From Pseudoalteromonas translucida KMM 520 (lineage in GTDB: Bacteria; Pseudomonadota; Gammaproteobacteria; Enterobacterales; Alteromonadaceae), in NCBI RefSeq assembly GCF_001465295.1, contig NZ_CP011034.1:1440001-1472000 (forward strand): a stretch of DNA of 32,000 bases, read 5' to 3'. Position 1 is the first letter of the stretch. Every line of letters starts with the position of its first letter. The position numbers and the translations under genes are program-made. Below the pieces are notes generated by a model. It saw only the letters and a program-made list of their open reading frames with translations, searched no databases and was not told where the DNA came from. Positions 1-6,246 of the stretch are shown here, in pieces.

Positions 1-142
1 GCGTTTATCAGGAATGAATTTTAACGTGAACTTGGGCGACATAATGATTCAAGTTGATACGGCATCACTGGCCATTACCGACAACAGCGCAGTAAGCCAA
101 ACGGGCGGCGTACCCGACGGCTCAGTAGATGGCGACGTATAG
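1..142 (+). CDS. 3' part of a phage structural gene (tail-tube-like), ending at TAG 140-142; probably the same gene as 224..448 (see finding)
   Basis: The frame with codons starting at position 2 is open from the window edge: ...NFNVNLGDIMIQVDTASLAITDNSAVSQTGGVPDGSVDGDV*. It is the same frame as ATG 224. Confidence 0.5.
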   Translation, partial: RLSGMNFNVNLGDIMIQVDTASLAITDNSAVSQTGGVPDGSVDGDV

Positions 143-223
143 GCCAGCGGCGAACTATCGGTAAATGCCAGTAACTTTGCGCTTATATCAAATGCGGCAA
201 AAAGCGCCGGTTCATGGCGTGGC

Positions 224-448
224 ATGCAAACATTCGACATTATGTTTTATGCAAAAACCAGCCAAGACGAAATGAAAGTAGAAGCCTTTGGTTGCCGCAT
301 TAAACTAAGCGACATTTTAGACATAGACAAAAAAGGCGGCAGCGCCAGCTTGTTTAAAATTCCGTTTGATGTAACCAGCCCAGACTTTGTAAACATTAAC
401 GGTGTGCCGTATCTGCGCCCCGACGAAATTGAAAACATAGTGCAATAA
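224..448 (+). CDS. Phage protein, 74 aa as listed; likely the C-terminal half of a tail-tube-like protein
   Basis: This ORF is in the track. The C-terminal ...FVNINGVPYLRPDE... loosely recalls the ...VNGVD... C-terminus of P2 FII-type tube proteins (from memory). There is no Shine-Dalgarno before ATG 224, and an 81-nt in-frame, stop-free stretch links it to the upstream ORF. Confidence 0.55.
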   Translation: MQTFDIMFYAKTSQDEMKVEAFGCRIKLSDILDIDKKGGSASLFKIPFDVTSPDFVNINGVPYLRPDEIENIVQ

Positions 449-463
449 AAAGGCAGTTAGTAA

Positions 464-664
464 ATGGATGATCTAGACCGCCTAGTGCTTGCACAGGAAC
501 GCGCTGAAAAACACTTTGTTGATCAGCGCCTAAACGGACTTAACAACAGCCGCGTGATCAGTGCAACGGACTGCATTGATTGCGGCGACCCAATACCAAA
601 AGCGCGGCAACGTGCCATTGCAGGTGTACAGCGTTGTGTACCGTGCCAATCGTTAAGCGAGTAG
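464..664 (+). CDS. TraR/DksA-family C4 zinc-finger protein (phage type)
   Basis: The motif CIDCGDPIPKARQRAIAGVQRCVPCQ has CxxC...CxxC spacing, and the 66-aa size is typical of phage TraR-like proteins. Confidence 0.8.
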   Translation: MDDLDRLVLAQERAEKHFVDQRLNGLNNSRVISATDCIDCGDPIPKARQRAIAGVQRCVPCQSLSE

Positions 665-668
665 CAAA

Positions 669-1217
669 ATGAATGCATTAAAAATTAGGTTAATAGGCGA
701 GCTAATAAAGCGCGAAGGCGGTTACGTAAACGACCCAACCGACCGCGGCGGCGAAACCATGTACGGCATTACCAAAGCGGTAGCCCGTAACTATGGCTAC
801 AGCGCTGCAATGGTTGACTTGCCGTACCACACAGCATTTTTAATTCACGAACAGCGCTACTGGGCACCACTAAAGCTAAGCGGTGTAAGCCAATTGAGCG
901 AAGCATTAACAGAGCAGCTATTCGATTTTGCGGTTAACTCAGGCGTGTTAAACGCAGGTAAAGCACTGCAAAAGGCGCTTAACGTACTTAATAAGTGCCA
1001 AACGCTATACCCCGACTTGGTAGTTGATGGCATAACTGGCAGCCGCACCATTAAGGCGCTAAATAGCTATGCTGCAGCCCGAAAAAACGACGGTTTAAAC
1101 GTATTAACCCGCGCAGTTAGCGGGCAACGCATTAGCTTTTTAATTGACATAGCCGCCAATGACGAAAGCCAAGAAAAATACACCTACGGGTGGTTACACC
1201 GCGTAGTTAATTTGTAA
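669..1217 (+). CDS. Endolysin, glycoside hydrolase family 108 N-terminal domain plus PG_binding_3-like C-terminal domain
   Basis: The N-terminal motif EGGYVNDPTDRGGETMYGIT is the GH108 signature. The C-terminal part has DGITGSRTIKAL, a peptidoglycan-binding-like motif. Confidence 0.85.
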   Translation: MNALKIRLIGELIKREGGYVNDPTDRGGETMYGITKAVARNYGYSAAMVDLPYHTAFLIHEQRYWAPLKLSGVSQLSEALTEQLFDFAVNSGVLNAGKALQKALNVLNKCQTLYPDLVVDGITGSRTIKALNSYAAARKNDGLNVLTRAVSGQRISFLIDIAANDESQEKYTYGWLHRVVNL

Positions 1218-1230
1218 AGGAGCACTGATC

Positions 1231-1620
1231 ATGGGCTGGTTTTCTAAAATATTAGGTACAAACCCAATTGAAGCAATTGGCAAAGCGGGCGATGCGTTAT
1301 TCACATCAGACGAAGAGCGCCAGCAGCTAAGCAACGACCTACTAGAAATAAAGCAAAAGCCCATGTTAATGCAGGCCTTAGCAAATACATTATCAGCGCA
1401 GCATCGCTCAATGTTTGTGGCAGGTGCACGCCCATTTTTGCTGTGGGTATGTGGCTTTGGCTTTTTGTTTACCTTTTTAATTAACCCTATTTTGCAATGG
1501 ATTATGCCAGAGGCCGGAACGCCAGAACTACCAACCGACGTAATGATGGAATTAACGCTCGCATTACTTGGCCTAGCAAGTTTAAGAACAATAGAAAAAA
1601 TTAAAGGAGTAGCCAAGTGA
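1231..1620 (+). CDS. Holin, 3-TM (GTA_holin_3TM, PF11351-like) family
   Basis: A strong SD (AAGGAG) precedes the ATG. The N-terminal ...ILGTNPIEAIGKAGDALFTSDEERQQL..., followed by FVAGARPFLLWVCGFGFLF hydrophobic segments, matches the family pattern as I recall it. The gene is adjacent to the endolysin. Confidence 0.75.
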   Translation: MGWFSKILGTNPIEAIGKAGDALFTSDEERQQLSNDLLEIKQKPMLMQALANTLSAQHRSMFVAGARPFLLWVCGFGFLFTFLINPILQWIMPEAGTPELPTDVMMELTLALLGLASLRTIEKIKGVAK

Positions 1621-1871
1621 AAGAAGTAGCCGACTGGATAATGGTAGCCATTGCATTTATTAGCCTAGTGCTAACCATATTAGTGCCGCTGTTAGTGAGC
1701 CTATTTAGCGCCCACAAAGCAACAGCCAAAGAGCTAAGCGACCACAAAACCCATGTGGCCGAAACGTACGCCACTAAAACCGACTTTGAAAAATTAACCG
1801 ATCGTATGGAAAGCCGTATTAAAGACGGATTTGAAACACTCGAAAAACTATTAACCAAATCTAAGGAATAA
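1617..1871 (+). CDS. Small membrane-anchored coiled-coil protein (possible i-spanin or holin accessory; function unproven)
   Basis: The GTG start overlaps the holin stop (GTGA), with AAGGAG 7 nt upstream. One N-terminal TM segment (IMVAIAFISLVLTILVPLLVSLF) is followed by a charged helical tail. Confidence 0.6.
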   Translation: MKEVADWIMVAIAFISLVLTILVPLLVSLFSAHKATAKELSDHKTHVAETYATKTDFEKLTDRMESRIKDGFETLEKLLTKSKE

Positions 1872-1873
1872 CC

Positions 1874-2140
1874 ATGAAACAAACAATTACATTAACAATC
1901 GCAGGCACCGACTTTAAATTTAACATGACAGTGCAAGACCACAGCGACTTTGTAGACTCGGTAGCGCGTGGCGGCTCAATGACCGCAGCATCACACAACA
2001 TGGTTATGCGTACCATTGGCGACGAGCAAAAAGAAGAACTTAAAAAAGTACTTGAAAGCTCGCCAGGCTCAGAGCTGCAAATAGCATCAATGCTTAAAAC
2101 AGAGTTTTCACCAGTGCTGGAAATAACCGTAAAAAAATAG
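1874..2140 (+). CDS. Tail assembly chaperone (gpG / gpE-like), short product
   Basis: This 88-aa ORF lies immediately upstream of the tape measure gene and ends ...VKK* on an A7 run. Confidence 0.75.
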   Translation: MKQTITLTIAGTDFKFNMTVQDHSDFVDSVARGGSMTAASHNMVMRTIGDEQKEELKKVLESSPGSELQIASMLKTEFSPVLEITVKK

Positions 2141-2328
2141 AAGGGCTGATTGATTCAATCGACTCGAATCAGCTAGAGCAACTATTTATTTTACGTCGTC
2201 ACTTTTTACCACATGAGCAAGACGACGAGCAAAACCTAGCCCGCGCCGGTTGGCTGTATAAAAACCAGCGCGAAAACCTAGAAAACATAATAACCAATGC
2301 AGTGTGCAAAGCCTTTGGGGGCAAGTAA
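1874..2328 (+). CDS. Tail assembly chaperone, -1 frameshift fusion product (gpGT / gpE+E'-like); join 1874..2137, 2137..2328
   Basis: The -1 frame is open from 2137 to TAA 2326-2328, which abuts the tape measure ATG at 2329. It encodes IEGLIDSIDSNQLEQLFILRRHFLPHEQDDEQNLARAGWLYKNQRENLENIITNAVCKAFGGK. Confidence 0.65.
2131..2173 (+). promoter_or_regulatory. Programmed -1 ribosomal frameshift signal: slippery A AAA AAA plus downstream hairpin
   Basis: The heptamer A7 at 2131-2137 has zero-frame codons AAA AAA followed by TAG. A 7-nt spacer follows. Then comes a 7-bp stem, GCTGATT (2145-2151) paired with AATCAGC (2167-2173). Confidence 0.65.
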
Positions 2329-4089
2329 ATGAGTTTACCGCAGTCGCTAATGTTTACCGTTGGAATGATTGACCAAATTACTAAGCCTATTGCCAAAATA
2401 AGCAGTAGCCTTAATGGGTTAACCAACGACTACCAACGCGGCACCATGAAAATGGCGTCGGGCGTTGCGGGTATTGCGGGCGCAGGTTATGCGCTACAAA
2501 ACGCACTTATGCCAGCCATAGAAATGGACCGCGCACTGGGCGAAGTAAGCTCGCTTGGTGTGCGCGAGTCTGCATTAAAGCAACTAACCGATACATCATA
2601 CGAATTTGCCCTTAAGTACGGCAAATCGTCTACCGAATTTGTTAAATCGAGTTACGACATACAAAGTGCCATTGCCGGGCTTAACGATGCCGACCTATCG
2701 GCATTTACGCTATCGAGTAACGTATTAGCTACGGCCACTAAATCAGACGCAGGCACTATTACCAATTACATGGGCACCATGTACGGTATTTTTAAAAACC
2801 AAGCCAACGAAATGGGCAAAGGCGAATGGGTAGAACAACTAACCGGCATGACCGCAACCGCAGTACAAGCGTTTAAAACCACAGGTACTGAAATGTCGAG
2901 CGCGTTTACCGCCATTGGTGCAGAGGCAACCAGCGCCGGTATAAGCATGAGCGAGCAAATGGCGGTGCTTGGTACTTTACAAGCCACCATGTCGGGCAGT
3001 GAAGCGGGCACAAAATACAAATCGTTTTTAGGTGGAGTAGGCAAAGCCCAAGACGCGCTAGGCCTAAGCTTTACCGACAGCCAAGGCAAAATGTTGCCAA
3101 TAATCGACATACTAAACAAAATAAAAGGTAAATACGGCGAAACCATAGACGTAGCCGAAGGCGACGAGCTTAAAAAAGCATTTGGATCAGCCGAAGCCGT
3201 TGGCACCATAAAACTACTCATGAACGACATTAACGGCCTAAGTAATTCAATAAACGAGCTGGGTAATGTTTTTGGTATGGAAAAAGCCGAAGAAATGGCG
3301 CAAGCAATGACCGACCAAACTGAGCGCCTTGGCCAAAGTTGGTATGTTATACGCGCCGCATGGGGCAGCGCAATACTGCCGGTATTTAACGACTTTGTAG
3401 GCCTAATTGCCGACATGGGAACTGGCGTTGTGTGGTTTACCGAAGCATTCCCTAATTTAACAAAATGGATAGGTTACGCAGCCGTATTCATATTAGGTTT
3501 TATAGCAGCAGGCGGGCTAATTTCAGTAGTTATGGGCGGTGCAACTATGGCCATGACCGCATGGAATACAGCAACAATGATTGGCAGAGGGATAAGTGCA
3601 GCATGGACAGCGTCAATAGCGATTTTAAAAGGCGCAATGCTGGCACTTAACATTGTTATGTACGCCAACCCAATTTTACTAATAGTAGCGGGCATAGCTT
3701 TAGCAATAGCCGCCGTTGGTGCGTTAATTTACTACTGGGACGACCTAAAAGCCACTATGGGCGAATGGGGTTGGATAAAAGCAATTGTAGGCGTGTTTAC
3801 CTCTGTTTGGTCAACCGTTAAAAACTTATTTACTAGCTATCTAAATTGGTGGATAGACAAAATAAACATGTTGCCAGGCGTAGACGTAGAGCTAATAAGC
3901 TCAGGTTCTAACGCCAGCACATCAACCATTGACGCAATAGAGCCAATCAGAAGTAAAGCCGAAAAAGGCGGTATTACGCAGCAAATTAGCAACGCCAACC
4001 AACAAAAATCAACCAGCGTTGGCACGGTTAACGTGTACCCAGCTAAGGGCGAAACTAACTTTATGAACTTTGTGGAAATGCAGTCATGA
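2329..4089 (+). CDS. Tail tape measure protein
   Basis: The ORF is 586 aa. It has a TP901-type tape-measure core pattern (...FALKYGKSSTEFVKSSYDIQSAIAGL...) and a Gly/Ala-rich hydrophobic C-terminal third. It sits directly after the chaperone pair. Confidence 0.85.
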   Translation: MSLPQSLMFTVGMIDQITKPIAKISSSLNGLTNDYQRGTMKMASGVAGIAGAGYALQNALMPAIEMDRALGEVSSLGVRESALKQLTDTSYEFALKYGKSSTEFVKSSYDIQSAIAGLNDADLSAFTLSSNVLATATKSDAGTITNYMGTMYGIFKNQANEMGKGEWVEQLTGMTATAVQAFKTTGTEMSSAFTAIGAEATSAGISMSEQMAVLGTLQATMSGSEAGTKYKSFLGGVGKAQDALGLSFTDSQGKMLPIIDILNKIKGKYGETIDVAEGDELKKAFGSAEAVGTIKLLMNDINGLSNSINELGNVFGMEKAEEMAQAMTDQTERLGQSWYVIRAAWGSAILPVFNDFVGLIADMGTGVVWFTEAFPNLTKWIGYAAVFILGFIAAGGLISVVMGGATMAMTAWNTATMIGRGISAAWTASIAILKGAMLALNIVMYANPILLIVAGIALAIAAVGALIYYWDDLKATMGEWGWIKAIVGVFTSVWSTVKNLFTSYLNWWIDKINMLPGVDVELISSGSNASTSTIDAIEPIRSKAEKGGITQQISNANQQKSTSVGTVNVYPAKGETNFMNFVEMQS

Positions 4090-4421
4090 GTATTTACAGC
4101 GACCTACATATTAAACACGGCGATGTGGTGTTAGACGCAGGCAACAGCCCAACCTATTTAACTGATCGTGACGTAATAGCCCAAGACATAGTGCACGCCA
4201 TTTTAGAGACCGGCCTTGCAAACTTATTAGTAAGCGACCGAGGAACTGGCACAACACAAGACACCCAAACCCAAATAAAACTATTGGTAGAAGACGACGT
4301 GCGCATTATGCCAGGCACAGTGCAAGTACAACAAAACCAAAACCAACACGGCCAGTGGTGGGTACATGCTAAAACTATCGAGTTTGGCGCTATTTCATCA
4401 TTGATCATAGAGGCGCAATAA
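4086..4421 (+). CDS. Small baseplate protein in the gpW/gp25 position (possibly DUF2590-like)
   Basis: The ORF is 111 aa, has an ATGA overlap with the tape measure gene, and lies immediately upstream of baseplate J. The assignment is by position and size only. Confidence 0.5.
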   Translation: MSIYSDLHIKHGDVVLDAGNSPTYLTDRDVIAQDIVHAILETGLANLLVSDRGTGTTQDTQTQIKLLVEDDVRIMPGTVQVQQNQNQHGQWWVHAKTIEFGAISSLIIEAQ

Positions 4422-5614
4422 TGGCTGAACTAACCCCAACAATTAACTTTAAGCGCATTGTAGAAAAAGCGGGTATACCTACCACAGAAGACGGGTGGAA
4501 AACGCTATTTAAACAAGAAGTAGACGCCCAAGGCAGCATTATTGCCAACGACTCACCGTACTCACCTTTTTGGCGACTAATAAGCGCCATTGTGGCAAAA
4601 CCTGCCACATGGTTAGTAAACAAGGTTTTAATTGAAACCATACTGCCTAACCTGTTTTTACAAACCGCCACTGATAGCGAATTTATTGAAGCCAAAGCGT
4701 GGGAGCACGACCTAACCCGTAAAAGCGAAACCCGCACCCAAGGCAAAGTGCGTTTTAACCGCGCCGCCAATGCAGGGCCAAGCCTATTAATTAGCGCCGG
4801 TACCGTAATACAAACCGATGCCATAAACGGCACGGTTTACCGTGTGCTAACCATTAACGACGTAATATTACCCGAAAACCAAACCAGCGTATTAGTGCCT
4901 GTAATAGCAGAGCACGCAGGCGCGGCCTATAACCTAGGCACAGGGTATTACCATATTTTACCCGAGTCGGTTACCGGTATTGGCAGCGCAATTAATGCCG
5001 ACGACTGGCTAGACGTACTAGGCGCAGACGCCGAAACAAACCAAGATTTAAAGCTACGCACCCGCAACGCATTTACGGCCGCCGCCCCGTGGCACATTGA
5101 CGCAGTTTACCGCGCCATGCTAACTGCGCGCTCGGGCTTAAATACCGACAACATATTTTTTGAACACGATGCACCGCGAGGCCCAGGCACGGCCAACGCA
5201 TTTATATTGCTCGACACTGGCGAGCCATCGACCGCACTTATTAGCGATTTAAACGAATACGTAATGGAAAAAGGTTTTCATGGCCACGGCGACGATTTAC
5301 TAGTAGCCGCCATGCCAGGCGTAAACGTAAATGTTGAGCTAACGGTTTACCCGCACAGCTACTTGCTCGAAACCCAAGTAACTGCATTGCTAACAAACGT
5401 TGAAAACTTTATACGCAGCGCATTTAGAGAAAACACCAACTACGCAGCCACCCGAACGTTACCCGCAAGCCGCTTTAGCTTTAGCCGTTTAGGCCAAGAG
5501 CTGCACCGCGAGTTTGAAGGAATCGACTCATTAAGCTGGGGCCAAGGCGATATAACCAGCCAAAACAACGTGCCACGTTTAACCACCCTTAGCGTAAATA
5601 ATGGTAATGCGTAA
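4421..5614 (+). CDS. Baseplate J / gp47-family protein
   Basis: The ORF is 397 aa with a TAATG overlap. The central ...AETNQDLKLRTRNAFTAAAPWHIDAVYRAML... and ...PRGPGTANAFIL... fit the Baseplate_J pattern. Confidence 0.75.
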   Translation: MAELTPTINFKRIVEKAGIPTTEDGWKTLFKQEVDAQGSIIANDSPYSPFWRLISAIVAKPATWLVNKVLIETILPNLFLQTATDSEFIEAKAWEHDLTRKSETRTQGKVRFNRAANAGPSLLISAGTVIQTDAINGTVYRVLTINDVILPENQTSVLVPVIAEHAGAAYNLGTGYYHILPESVTGIGSAINADDWLDVLGADAETNQDLKLRTRNAFTAAAPWHIDAVYRAMLTARSGLNTDNIFFEHDAPRGPGTANAFILLDTGEPSTALISDLNEYVMEKGFHGHGDDLLVAAMPGVNVNVELTVYPHSYLLETQVTALLTNVENFIRSAFRENTNYAATRTLPASRFSFSRLGQELHREFEGIDSLSWGQGDITSQNNVPRLTTLSVNNGNA

Positions 5615-6243
5615 TGAACATTAACTGGCAAGCCCTAACAAAAATGCCGTACTGGCTAGCCCGCCCAAAAAGCGAGCTAGACAAACTACGCCAAGGAGCA
5701 ATTTGTTACTGGCAACGCGTAGCCGACATACTCGCATGGCCAGCCAAACAGCTCGACCCAATGACCGCCGAACTAGAGCTAGTGCACTTGCTGGCATGGG
5801 AGCGCGACATAACGCAAATACCCAACGAAACCGAGCTAATGTATCGCACCCGTATTAAATACGCGCTGCCATTTGCCAAAGGCGCAGGCAGCAAAAACGG
5901 CTGGCTAGATATGTTTGAAAAGCTCGGCATGCCATGGGTAACAATAGATGAGCGCATGAGCACAACCGATTGGGATGTAGTAAGTATTCAGCTACTCGAT
6001 GCAGACTTAGGCGAGCGCCAAAACCTAATTAGCGCACTGTGTAGGCAGTATGGCCGAACAACACGCCGTTACGAGTACGTAACCATTGCCAAGCAAACAC
6101 TAGCTGCGCCCCCTAAAAACTTTGATGGCGACAGCGATTACACCGTTGCCAAAATTAACACCAATTTATTACCAGCAACCCGATTTATGACGATGGACAG
6201 CCATGCTGAATTTACCGTCGCTAATGTTAAACAGGAGTATTAA
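5614..6243 (+). CDS. Phage tail protein I (P2 gpI-like)
   Basis: The ORF is 209 aa. The sequence ...LAWERDITQIPNETELMYRTRIKYALPFAKGAGSKNGWLDMFEKLG... fits the Tail_P2_I pattern. It lies between the J and fibre genes, as in P2. Confidence 0.7.
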   Translation: MNINWQALTKMPYWLARPKSELDKLRQGAICYWQRVADILAWPAKQLDPMTAELELVHLLAWERDITQIPNETELMYRTRIKYALPFAKGAGSKNGWLDMFEKLGMPWVTIDERMSTTDWDVVSIQLLDADLGERQNLISALCRQYGRTTRRYEYVTIAKQTLAAPPKNFDGDSDYTVAKINTNLLPATRFMTMDSHAEFTVANVKQEY

Positions 6244-6246
6244 ACC

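Noticed and set aside
49-240. 63-aa minus-strand ORF across the tube-like gene region
   Set aside because: It lies antisense to a coherent plus-strand reading frame within a uniformly plus-strand operon. It has no RBS and a low-complexity Ala/Ser/Pro-rich product. It is most likely a shadow ORF.
1194-4833. Long minus-strand ORFs (1194..1616, 1601..1882, 2766..3416, 3474..3695, 4154..4408, 4405..4833) antisense to the holin, tape measure and baseplate genes
   Set aside because: Each is fully overlapped by a plus-strand gene with recognisable family motifs and translational coupling. Their products are low-complexity mirror translations. They are shadow ORFs typical of the higher-GC phage block.
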